A stretch of DNA of 64,000 nucleotides from a virus. Under the pieces are notes generated by a model, which was given only the letters and a program-made list of their open reading frames with translations, searched no databases and had not been told where the DNA came from. Below are positions 10,456 to 19,332 of the stretch, in pieces. Positions within the stretch are counted from its first letter, which is position 1. The number at the start of each line of letters is the position of its first letter. A program made the translations under genes and the position numbers. The DNA lies in IMG/VR virus record IMGVR_UViG_3300049491_000716, positions 1 to 64,000 of that record; one strand, 5' to 3'.

Positions 10456-10620
10456 ATGCGAAGACGACAACCCCAGACCGTGCCTGCGCCAGAGCCGCAG
10501 GTTGACGAGTACGCCGAGGTGCGAATTCCGTTTGATGTCGTGCTGCGGAAGTTGACGAACACGCCGGCTCCGCCGAAGAAGGCAGCGGCGAAGAGAGTGC
10601 CGACCCCAAAGAAGAGCTGA
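10456..10620 (+). CDS. 54-aa basic IS passenger peptide
   Basis: AAGGAG RBS; MRRRQ..FDVVLRKLTNTPAPPKK. Confidence 0.6.
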   Translation: MRRRQPQTVPAPEPQVDEYAEVRIPFDVVLRKLTNTPAPPKKAAAKRVPTPKKS

Positions 10621-10815
10621 GCGAACAAGCGGCCGAAGCCGCCGTCGCTATCCGGCCTGTCGCTGCGGATAGTAACCGTTTTGTGTGGCGCCAAGTACAT
10701 ACTTCCGCTTTGAAGCGATACACCACATAGCCATCAAGCACGCCCAGCACGCGAGCCGTGCGGCCGAGGCGAAGCCATGTCTGGCCCTTTTGAATGACTG
10801 TCGCTGCCTTGGCGA

Positions 10816-11028
10816 TCACTTGTTGACCTCCGGCATGACGGCCTGTAGCATGTCGCGGCGACCCGGCATGCACAACCGCTCGACCGGATCGGATCGCTGC
10901 GCCTGGTGGTAGCGGGCACAGGTCTCGCGAACCGTGCAGCCGCCGCCCATGCATGCCGGAAGGCGCGCCGCTGAGCGCACGACGCGCAGCGGGCGTCCAT
11001 CTGGTTCACCCCACGCTTCATAACTCAT
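10816..11028 (-). CDS. Cys-rich hypothetical protein
   Basis: CMGGGC..RETCARY; coupled to neighbours. Confidence 0.6.
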   Translation of the reverse strand: MSYEAWGEPDGRPLRVVRSAARLPACMGGGCTVRETCARYHQAQRSDPVERLCMPGRRDMLQAVMPEVNK

Positions 11029-11794
11029 CGCTGCCGCCTTTCTCGTAGAACTCAACCTTGCTTGCAGCCTCGGCCTTGAGTTTTCGTGTGCGCGCTTTCT
11101 CGGCGGCGTCCATGCCTGGCGCGTGCGTCTTCTCCACCAACATTTTGCGCAGTCGATCCAGCGATTCGCGAACGTGATCAGGCATTCCCGTCACAGGCGT
11201 TGCGGCAAGCAGCAGCGGCTCGCCACGGGCAGCCGGGCCAGTGATCGCCAAAACTTCTGTCTGCGAAATCACACCAAGCCGTTCGGCACGCTCGAGCGCG
11301 ACGTCGCGACGCTGCGTGTCGAAGCCAAGCGACACATTCCACCGCACTGGTGGCATGCGCTTGGCTCGCGCCAGCGCGACGAAGCGGTTGTAGGAATCTC
11401 GGAAAGCTAACCTGGCGCCGATCTCATCTCCGGAAACGAACACCGGCTTAGCCGTTGACCATGCCTCGGCCATTTCTGCAGTCCACACCACGGTGTCGCC
11501 TTCATCGGCGGCTGTGATTGCGACGGCCCATGCTTCATCGGCGCCGGGCCTGCCGTCACCACCAGACCGCGCCTCAATCTGCGCAATCACGTCAGCGGGG
11601 GTCGGTGGGAAGCGGCCGCGTGCTGGATCCTTGACGTGGCCGTCAAAGCCGGACGCCACGTTCTCGATGCTGTAGCTCGAAAGCGCTCGGAAAAACATGG
11701 TGCCCTGAGCGGAGTTCAGCGGCTTCGCGTTGGGCCACAGCGCCCAGACCTCGGACAGCAACTTCGCAAAAGTCTCGATGTCGGATTCGATCAT
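11018..11794 (-). CDS. Replication protein, P-like/helicase-loader position
   Basis: Follows initiator; FPPTPADVI, RPGADEAWA motifs. Confidence 0.7.
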   Translation of the reverse strand: MIESDIETFAKLLSEVWALWPNAKPLNSAQGTMFFRALSSYSIENVASGFDGHVKDPARGRFPPTPADVIAQIEARSGGDGRPGADEAWAVAITAADEGDTVVWTAEMAEAWSTAKPVFVSGDEIGARLAFRDSYNRFVALARAKRMPPVRWNVSLGFDTQRRDVALERAERLGVISQTEVLAITGPAARGEPLLLAATPVTGMPDHVRESLDRLRKMLVEKTHAPGMDAAEKARTRKLKAEAASKVEFYEKGGSDEL

Positions 11795-12807
11795 GCCACG
11801 TCCTGTTGACTGGCTTTTGTCAGGCTGGCACGCATGCTGGCCGCCAGTGAATCGGCCGACTGACCGGCGCCGGATCTGGTGCTCCGCATTCCGCAGGCCT
11901 TCGGGAGCCACGTCTGCGCGTCAACGACGTTCTTCACGATCGCCTCACGGATAGCGTCAACAACGATTTCCTCTCCGTAGGACTTGACGAGCTTTCCGAC
12001 GAAACTTCCGCACTGCTTCTCGGGCATGCCCTGATGCGTGAGCAGCGACTTCCCGGCACGCCAGAGTTCCGTTCGGGTCATCTCTGCCGCACTCGGCAGG
12101 GGTTCGCCCACCGCCACGACAACGAGCGGCAACTGCTCGCCAGGCGCGGCAGCGCCCGAAGCGATAGCTTCGGAACCAAGAGAGTCTCCGTTCCGTTCCA
12201 TCTCCGTTCCATCTCCCTTTCCGTTCCCTTTCCCTTTCAGACTCGAATCCAGAGGAATTCCGGCGGAAGGCTTACGTGTTTCCGTTGGAATTCCTACGGC
12301 TGCATCTGCCTTTTCCATTGGAATTCCCCCAGCAATGCGCAACTCATTCCACTGATCAAATGTGATTTCCGGCAGCAAGGGCTGGCCTGCGGCCTCGCGA
12401 GACTTGTTCAATTTCCGCAGCCGATCGCGGGCGCGGTCGTAGTGGTGATGAAGCCTGGACTCCCATGCCGTCACGGCCTTCTTTGAGATAACCCGATGGT
12501 AGAGCCGCCCGTCACTGCACTTCACGAATAGCGCCAAGGCCTCTTCCTTGAACTTCAGCCACTCCTTGACGACGCGGCCGAATCCAGCAAGGCCTGACAA
12601 TTCCTTGTCGTTGTCCGGCAGCGAAGCTGCCGGCACCTGGTGCCACGATGCACACCACAGCAGCACGCCAGCTCTGAACGCCTCTGGCTCGACTTCGGCT
12701 GCGAACTTGCTGTCACGAAGGGTCTGCACGTCAAGTTCCATGTATTGGAAGTCGCGCAGGTCAACCTCCGCAGGAACGAGTGGCGCCGGCAACTTTTCGG
12801 CAGTCAT
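11791..12807 (-). CDS. Replication initiator, DUF1376/YdaU-like
   Basis: VDLRDFQYMELDV, LWCASWHQVPAASLP, CSDGRLYH; KGKGNGKG linker. Confidence 0.85.
   Translation of the reverse strand: MTAEKLPAPLVPAEVDLRDFQYMELDVQTLRDSKFAAEVEPEAFRAGVLLWCASWHQVPAASLPDNDKELSGLAGFGRVVKEWLKFKEEALALFVKCSDGRLYHRVISKKAVTAWESRLHHHYDRARDRLRKLNKSREAAGQPLLPEITFDQWNELRIAGGIPMEKADAAVGIPTETRKPSAGIPLDSSLKGKGNGKGDGTEMERNGDSLGSEAIASGAAAPGEQLPLVVVAVGEPLPSAAEMTRTELWRAGKSLLTHQGMPEKQCGSFVGKLVKSYGEEIVVDAIREAIVKNVVDAQTWLPKACGMRSTRSGAGQSADSLAASMRASLTKASQQDVA
12254..12327. repeat. Candidate origin iterons
   Basis: GGAATTCC at 12254, 12287, 12320 (33-bp period) inside the initiator gene. Confidence 0.7.
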
Positions 12808-12931
12808 ATCGTGCAACCTTCGTGAAGGTTGATGGCGCCGGCGATCTCGCCTTCGGTCCACGGCTTCATCTCAAATCCGCACCGTCGCCAGCGGATACGT
12901 CTCGCACTCAACCATGAAGTCGTGCATGGGA

Positions 12932-13177
12932 TCAGGACTTTTCGGCGAGCACCGCGTTGTTCTTCTCGATGTCGCCGTGCAGGTCGCGGAGCTTCTTGCC
13001 CTTCGGCAGCATCTTCTCGAGCCGCAGGAAGTATTTCGGGGCGCCCCAGCCGCGCTTTACCCAGCGCTGGACCTCTTGGTAGTGGACGATGTCGCCCATC
13101 TTGCGGGCAACCTCAGCCGGGCCGCCTTGCAGGGCCACGAGTTGAGCAATGACGGAGTCGGGTGGTGTGGACATCAT
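12932..13177 (-). CDS. Cro-like HTH repressor
   Basis: GGPAEVARKMG..YQEVQRWVKRG; first gene of the operon. Confidence 0.8.
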   Translation of the reverse strand: MMSTPPDSVIAQLVALQGGPAEVARKMGDIVHYQEVQRWVKRGWGAPKYFLRLEKMLPKGKKLRDLHGDIEKNNAVLAEKS

Positions 13178-13185
13178 GGTCGCCC

Positions 13186-13335
13186 ATCGTACACAACAAA
13201 ACTGGGATGCGCAACTTTTTTGCACAAGCCATCTTTCATGACCTCAGGTTTTGTTAAAGCCAAGAATGTGCTGAAAACATTATTTGCGAGCCGCCCATGA
13301 TTTTGGTTGTGTCGCCGCTTTTGTTGTGCGATGAT
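13186..13335. promoter_or_regulatory. Divergent early promoters with a 20-codon remnant ORF (13238-13300) where cI is expected
   Basis: Minus: TTGCGC-17-TACGAT (13214 to 13186); plus: TTGTGT-17-GATGAT (13307-13335); both spacers contain TTTTGTTGTG. Confidence 0.65.
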
Positions 13336-13570
13336 TCCTCAGTGGTCAGTGGTTGACCATCGGAGACACCGTGAAATTCATTGCTTGGTTCACCTTTCAG
13401 ACTGGAGTCGTCGACATCGCCTTTGCGTGGGGTTGGCTGCCGTGAGATTCGTGGCCACCCTGATTTCCGCCTGTGCGATGGCTTTGATCTGGATGGCACT
13501 TGCCGCCAGCGAATCCGAGTGCGTCAACCCACGGCAACCTGCCGCCAAAGCGGCCCACTGAGACTTTCAC

Positions 13571-14186
13571 ATGCAAGTCAAGCAACTGCTTCTCACCGGC
13601 GCCATTCAGGGGCCCTACTTCCGGCCGTGGTCGCCGCTGAATTGGCTGCGCCGCGCGTGGCTGAAGATGCGGATTTCGGACATCAACGATGAGTTGTCGC
13701 TGCATCACAGAACAGGTGCGCTCAGCAGTGCTCAGGCCGTGAACTGGATGCAGCAGAGGGATTGGCTCGAGCGTCGGCTGGAGGATCTGCGGTGACGCAA
13801 ACTGCGCTGCCGACGCATGTCGGCTCGAACGGTGCCGGAGCGATGGAGCGCGGCGCGTATATCAGCCCGTGCGGGCGCTACCTGGGGCTGCCTGAAACTT
13901 TGAGCCTTGCGTACCCGCAGGGCGGATGGGAGCAACGAAGATGATGATGGAACAGACTTGCACCGCCTCCAAGCTTGTGATGCGGCTCCGGGAGTTGATT
14001 GAAAAGCATGGCGATCTGCCCGTGTACGCTCGCGACCCCGATACACACTGGCGCCTTCCGGTCGGTTTGCGGTTTCGAGACGCGCAGCCAGAGGAAGAAA
14101 GGCCGGCCCGCTTTGAAATTGAAAGCGAGTATCACTTCCGGCCGCGTGGCGATCTTGTACCAGCCGAAGACCTTGAGTCCAATTGA
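13571..14186 (+). CDS. Hypothetical genes 13571-13795 and 13941-14186, with a DUF1643-like N-terminal fragment between
   Basis: ORFs; MERGAYISPCGRY fragment at about 13842-13880. Confidence 0.55.
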
Positions 14187-14219
14187 ATCGGGGCGCTCGC
14201 ACTCGGTGCCTTGTTTGAG

Positions 14220-14302
14220 GCCTAACGGTTGAGCTAACCGGCGATTTGCGGAGGCGGGGTTTGGGCTAGGCTTTTATAGCCAAAACCCCGCCCATGTAGG
14301 CA
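14220..14302 (-). other. attC half site (L'/R' present, R''/L'' arm deleted)
   Basis: Minus strand GGTTAGC-TCAACC-GTTAGGC with internal hairpin GGCGGGGTTT..AAACCCCGCC. Confidence 0.7.
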
Positions 14303-14313
14303 ACTGGAGGACG

Positions 14314-14646
14314 ATGATGACAGACGGAAAGCTACTTGAAGCCGCCGCAAAGGCTGCGGGGTTTGCCTACCGGTGGGAGCCGGGACTGCCATTTCCTCAG
14401 ATTGAAGAGCTGGAAGATGGTCGGCTTGAATGGAACTTCTGGCATCCGCTAACGGACGACGGCGATGCGTTGCGGCTGGCGACACAACTGCGCATTGACA
14501 TTTGTTTCGAGAAAACGCATTCGGTCAGTGCCTATACAGAGGATGATGAGTGGTTTCACGAACACTGCGACCAAGGGAAGCCCGAGCAGATTTTGGCCAA
14601 GACGCGTAGGGCGATTGTTTGCGCAGCCGCTTCTATGTCGGCATGA
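14314..14646 (+). CDS. Conserved phage hypothetical protein between attC sites
   Basis: GGAGG RBS; LLEAAAKAAG, WHPLTDDGDALRLA, TRRAIVCAAA. Confidence 0.85.
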   Translation: MMTDGKLLEAAAKAAGFAYRWEPGLPFPQIEELEDGRLEWNFWHPLTDDGDALRLATQLRIDICFEKTHSVSAYTEDDEWFHEHCDQGKPEQILAKTRRAIVCAAASMSA

Positions 14647-14659
14647 GGGTATTGGTGCT

Positions 14660-14759
14660 GCCTAACGTCGAAGCTCAGGCGCCCGACACGGCGCCTGGGT
14701 TGACGAAGTAGGCAAGGTGCGGCCCGCCGTGGCGGGTCGCTTGGAGCGACCAGTTAGAG
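14660..14759 (-). other. Complete attC site (100 bp)
   Basis: CTCTAAC-TGGTC-GCT(C)CAAG ... CCTGAGC-TTCGAC-GTTAGGC with paired interior. Confidence 0.9.
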
Positions 14760-15445
14760 CGCTGATGGATCAGGAGCAACCGATGCAGGACGACCGACAG
14801 GGCGAGCAGGCACACCGACTTGCGAGGCGATGCGGCGTGCCTGGTGCACTGACAGCCCGAATTTGCGCGCAGCTTCGGCCGCAGTGCCGTGGCCAGCGGC
14901 GAGCCACTTGGCTACGCGCTCGGCCGCCGCGGATGGGCGCCCGCTCATTCGGCGCGCTCGAAGTCGTGACGAATCACGGCGCGGCCGTTGTCGACCCAGC
15001 AGTACAAGCCGCCGATCGCTTCGGCGTCGGCCTCACACTGTTCGCGGTGCCCGGACGAGACGAACTCGCCAGCCTGCGTGAACACGGCGGCGTCGGCCGG
15101 GAGTGCGTCTTTAGGAAGTTGCAGGCTCAGCATGGCGGCTCCGAATCAGCGAGCGTTGGCGGCGTCGAACTTGGCTTGCTTCCAGGGCGATCTGGCGCGG
15201 GCAGCGGCTTCGCGGGCTGGACGGTCGGCTTGGATGATTGTGTCGAGCTCGCGGCCGATCTGACCGTGAGTGAACTTGACATAGGCGGCGTTTGCAGCAT
15301 CGACAGCAGCCTTGAGCGGCTTCAGTTGTTCGTAGCGAGCCTTCGAGTTCAGGCCGGCAGCGGCGAGGCGGTCACGCTCGGCGTCATGGGCAGCAGCGGC
15401 GGTGTCGAGGACTTGCTTCAGCGCGGCGATCTTGGTGGTGTTCAT
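14754..15445 (-). CDS. Three small genes (15146-15445, 14945-15133, HTH-like 14754-14948)
   Basis: Coupled; last stop TAA lies in the attC R'' box. Confidence 0.7.
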
Positions 15446-15542
15446 GGTGCTGGTCCGGTTGCGTTGTTCGATGAATGAATAATAGAGCATCATGCACCAT
15501 TACGCAAGGGCTAGTTTTGCTAGGACAAACCCGGAGCGCAAC

Positions 15543-16161
15543 ATGAACACTTACTCAATCACCGAAATCATTGCTGCGGCCAAAGCGGCCAACAACGGCC
15601 GCCTTCTGGCTTTTGCAATGACCGAGCCCCAAAAGCGCGCCGCAGAAAAGGCTGTCGCACGCGGCCTGATGACCGCGTACCACATGAAATTCCCCGGCTT
15701 CGGTTTCGTTGCAGCCTACGCAGTGGCCTAAACCATGAACAACGCGCACTCAATTACAACGATCAAAGACTTGCGCGATGCGCCGTGGCTTGACCCGCGA
15801 TGCGCCGATGCTGGGGCCTGCCAATCGCTTCGGTATATGGAAGCGCCGCCAATGTTGACAAATGAACAAGTGCTGCGAATCCTAGATTCCGTGCGCGAGC
15901 AATTTGCAAAAGACGGGCCGCCGAATGAAAGCGGAGCGCTGCTGTTTGCGCGTGCAATCGAACGAGCGCACGGCATCAAAAATGAACGTCGCTAAGACGC
16001 CAGCCCAGCGCCAGGCCGAGCGCAAGGCCCGCGAGCTTGCATCAGGCCGCGTGCAATGGAAGCTCTGGGTTCACCCTGATGATGTGCCAGAGCTGGCGGA
16101 ATACGCCGACAAGATGGCGCGGCGCAGGGAACGTGCCGCGAAGGCAAGTCCGGTTGAATGA
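15543..16161 (+). CDS. Three small genes (15543-15731, 15735-15995, 15982-16161)
   Basis: GGAG RBS; FARAIERAHGI and KTPAQRQAERKAR phage-type motifs. Confidence 0.65.
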
Positions 16162-16171
16162 AATGTTGTGC
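16141..16171 (-). other. attC half site (R''/L'' present)
   Basis: Minus strand GCACAAC-ATTTC-ATT(C)AACC-GGAC. Confidence 0.7.
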
Positions 16172-16260
16172 ATCACACGCGCTGACGCGGCACAATAGAC
16201 GAAGCCCGAATCATGGCAAGTGCAACGGGCTTCTGATCAACAACATCGGGAGTCGAAGAA

Positions 16261-18531
16261 GTGACTAAAAGCATTGTAGGCGGGTACGAGTCATTCATTC
16301 AAGACAAAGCGCTGGCGCAGATTGCGACGGGCTTTGATCCGCAACGACTCGGCCCCCACCTGTTCGATTTCCAGGCGGCCATCGTCGAGTGGGCTTGCAA
16401 GCGAGGCCGCGCTGCGATCTTCGCTGACACCGGCCTGGGCAAGACGGCGATGCAAGCCGAATGGGCCAGACAAGTAGCGGCCCATACTGGTGGCCGCGTG
16501 CTGATCCTGGCCCCTTTGTGCGTGGCACAGCAGACTGTCGAAGAAGAGGCGCGATTCGGCACTGCGATCAAGTATTGCCGCAAAGAGGCACAGACAGAAG
16601 GCGAGATCATCATCACGAATTACGAGATGGCGGACCACTTTGACGTAGCCGACTATGCCGGCGTGGTGCTGGATGAGTCTTCGATCCTGAAGAGCCACGA
16701 CAGCAAGACGCGGGCGCGCATCATAAGCATGTTCGACAAGACGCCGTACCGGTTGAGTTGCACCGCGACCCCAAGCCCGAACGATCACATGGAGCTTGGC
16801 AACCAGGCCGAGTTCCTGGGCGTGATGACGGCCGTTGAAACGCTGGCGATGTTCTTTGTTCACGACGGCGGAGACACCGCAAGCTGGCGCCTGAAAGGCC
16901 ACGGCAAGCAGCGCTTTTGGGAGTGGATGAGGACATGGGCTGTGTGCGTGCGCAACCCGTCGGACCTTGGCTTTGATGGATCGCGCTACATCCTGCCGGG
17001 CCTGCAAATGCACGAGCACACAATCGATGTGCAAGAGCCGCTGCCGGGGCAGTTGTTTGCTGGCATTGCGCAGACGCTGACCGAGCGCCGCGACGCAAAG
17101 CGGCAGTCGTTGGGCGAACGTGTTTGCATTGCCGCCGATCTGGTCAACAGCCACACGCGGCCAGCCATTGTGTGGTGCCACCTGAACGACGAAAGCAAGG
17201 CGTTGGCGCAGGCCATCCCCGATGCCATCGAAGTCACCGGTTCCATGACGGCCGACGAGAAAGAGGCCGCAATCATGGCCTTCACGCATGGCGAGAAGCG
17301 AGTGATCGTCACAAAGCCAAGTATCGCTGGATTCGGCATGAATTGGCAGCACTGCGCCGATATGGTTTTTGCTGGTCTTGATGACTCGTTCGAGAGCTTT
17401 TACCAGGCGGTGCGGCGCTGCTATCGCTTCGGCCAGAAAGACGTGGTGAACGTGCATCTGGTGTCGTCAAGTGCCGAGGGCGCAGTGAAGGAAAACCTGC
17501 AGCGCAAGCAAGCCCAGGCTACTGACATGGCCGAGAGCATGGTGGCGTACATGCGAGAACTCACGAAACAAACGATCAAGGGTGCGACGATGGAAAAGAG
17601 CGACTACGTGCGAGAAGTAGCCGAGGGCAAGGGCTGGACGATTCACCTTGGCGATTGCGTCGAAGTGGCAAGCGAACTGCCTGACAACAGCATCGACTTC
17701 TCAGTGTTCAGCCCGCCGTTTGCCAGCCTATACACCTACAGCAACAGCGATCGCGACATGGGTAACTGCAAGAGCTACAGCGAGTTTTACGATCACTTCC
17801 GGTTCCTCGTTGCGCAACTGTACCGCGTCACCAAGCCTGGCCGGCTGCTGAGCTTCCATTGCATGAATCTGCAAACCAGCAAGTTCCGCGACGGCGTGAT
17901 CGGCCTGCACGACTTCCGTGGCGAACTCACGCGCATGTTTGTCGCGGCCGGCTGGGTCTTCCATTCCGAGGTTTGCATCTGGAAAGACCCCGTGACCGCG
18001 ATGCAGCGCACCAAGGCCCTGGGCCTACTGCACAAGACCATCCGCAAGGATTCGAGCATGAGCCGGCAGGGCATCCCTGATTATCTGGTGACGATGCGCA
18101 AGCCTGGCGAGAATGCCGAGCGCATCAGCCACACTCACGAGAATTTCCCTGTCGAAAAGTGGCAGCGTTACGCCAGCCCGGTCTGGATGGACGTGAACCC
18201 GACTCGCACGCTTCAATTTCGCAACGCCCGCGAGACTGACGATGAGCGCCACATCTGCCCGCTCCAGCTTGACGTGATCGAGCGAGCTATGGAGTTGTGG
18301 AGCAACCCGGGCGACTTGGTTTTTAGCCCGTTTACGGGCATCGGCAGCGAGGGCTATGTGAGCATCGAAATGGGCCGGCGCTTTGTTGGCGCGGAACTCA
18401 AGCGGAGCTACTTCGACTTGGCAAAACGCAATCTGACTGATGCCCGCAAGACTCAGGTCGAAGGGCTGTTCGCTGACGATTACGAGGATGCATTTGCAGA
18501 AGATGGCGAGCCACAGGCGGCGGAACTGTGA
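16261..18531 (+). CDS. SF2/SNF2-like helicase fused to beta-class N4-C/N6-A DNA methyltransferase
   Basis: DTGLGKT, LDESS, TATP, QAVRRCYRFGQ; SPPF, HICPLQ, FTGIGSEG. Confidence 0.92.
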   Translation: MTKSIVGGYESFIQDKALAQIATGFDPQRLGPHLFDFQAAIVEWACKRGRAAIFADTGLGKTAMQAEWARQVAAHTGGRVLILAPLCVAQQTVEEEARFGTAIKYCRKEAQTEGEIIITNYEMADHFDVADYAGVVLDESSILKSHDSKTRARIISMFDKTPYRLSCTATPSPNDHMELGNQAEFLGVMTAVETLAMFFVHDGGDTASWRLKGHGKQRFWEWMRTWAVCVRNPSDLGFDGSRYILPGLQMHEHTIDVQEPLPGQLFAGIAQTLTERRDAKRQSLGERVCIAADLVNSHTRPAIVWCHLNDESKALAQAIPDAIEVTGSMTADEKEAAIMAFTHGEKRVIVTKPSIAGFGMNWQHCADMVFAGLDDSFESFYQAVRRCYRFGQKDVVNVHLVSSSAEGAVKENLQRKQAQATDMAESMVAYMRELTKQTIKGATMEKSDYVREVAEGKGWTIHLGDCVEVASELPDNSIDFSVFSPPFASLYTYSNSDRDMGNCKSYSEFYDHFRFLVAQLYRVTKPGRLLSFHCMNLQTSKFRDGVIGLHDFRGELTRMFVAAGWVFHSEVCIWKDPVTAMQRTKALGLLHKTIRKDSSMSRQGIPDYLVTMRKPGENAERISHTHENFPVEKWQRYASPVWMDVNPTRTLQFRNARETDDERHICPLQLDVIERAMELWSNPGDLVFSPFTGIGSEGYVSIEMGRRFVGAELKRSYFDLAKRNLTDARKTQVEGLFADDYEDAFAEDGEPQAAEL

Positions 18532-18532
18532 T

Positions 18533-18590
18533 GCACAACGTTTGAATTCACCTGCCGCCGGAGGCGGTCAGGTGGAATGAAGGGTTATGC
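18533..18590 (-). other. Complete short attC site (58 bp)
   Basis: GCATAAC-CCTTC-ATT(C)CACC-TG(A)CCGCC-TCC-GGCGGCA-GGTGAAT-TCAAAC-GTTGTGC; extrahelical G and T on the bottom strand. Confidence 0.95.
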
Positions 18591-18620
18591 GTCTGATTCA
18601 ACAACGAAGGAATTTGAAGC

Positions 18621-18875
18621 ATGAGACAAAGCCTGTTGGTAGCCGCGCTTGAATATGAGGAAGGCGGACAAACTCTGTGGTTTCATGCGCCTGATGGAAC
18701 GACGCTGCTGCGCCTAAAAGTCGATGGAGCTATCACGACACAAACATGCGAGACAAGCCCTGTCGCGCATGCCGATGGATGGGTGAAGGGGAACTTGGTT
18801 TTTTGCGTTCCGGAGAACAAGACGCATAACGTCGGCGATGAGCGGACCGCGAAGGCGCCGCCTACCGACGAGTGA
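18621..18875 (+). CDS. Cassette-borne hypothetical protein
   Basis: AAGGA RBS; bounded by 11-bp inverted repeat 18584-18594/18820-18830. Confidence 0.75.
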   Translation: MRQSLLVAALEYEEGGQTLWFHAPDGTTLLRLKVDGAITTQTCETSPVAHADGWVKGNLVFCVPENKTHNVGDERTAKAPPTDE

Positions 18876-18925
18876 AGAAGCAATGCGGCCCGCCGGAGCG
18901 GGTCCGCTCGATCAACCTGTTCGGC
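18824..18925 (-). other. Complete attC site (102 bp)
   Basis: GCCGAAC-AGGTT-GAT(C)GAGC ... GCTCATC-GCCGAC-GTTATGC. Confidence 0.9.
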
Positions 18926-19332
18926 TAGAAGGTGCAAAGCGATGGGAGCTTGCACGTCTTCAATGACTCCGCAACGAGCCAATACGTGAAGGTGTCGGGC
19001 TCGGTCGTGGTTTCTGCTGCGGATGGAGGTGGCCCGGACATGGCAACCTGACTACGCCACCAAGATGGACCGCGATACCTTGCAGCACGCAGAGGACTTC
19101 GCGGACTGCAAGACGCCCAACGTGTTCTAGGCAACTCGTTAGATTGCAACCAGACCCAAGAGATGTGAGGATGTGGCGCGCGTATCGCGATGGCGAGCCA
19201 TGGATCGTTGACGGCCGGCCGATGCGCGGCGGTCTTGAGATGATGTGGCGTGCGATCCAAGCCGAGATCGCAAAGCCACTTGGTCGTCGACACTGGAACT
19301 GATAACTTTCAACCAACAGATAGGAGCACCCT

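Larger units (their letters stand above)
8612..10707 (+). mobile_element. IS1595-family element with passenger genes
   Basis: 27-bp terminal inverted repeats (26/27 match, 8612-8638 and 10681-10707); 8-bp TSD CTTTGAAG at 8604-8611 and 10708-10715. Confidence 0.95.
8530..10819 (-). pseudogene. Small phage gene split by IS1595
   Basis: Removing the IS and one TSD restores VIAKAATVIQKGQTWLRLGRTARVLGVLDGYVVYRFK|GAEVNTMHWRAFEQNFSQQKQEKA, coupled to neighbours at both ends. Confidence 0.85.

Noticed and set aside
8530-10954. Long minus-strand ORFs 8530-9840 and 9668-10954
   Set aside because: Antisense shadows of the IS; only their outer parts belong to the split phage gene
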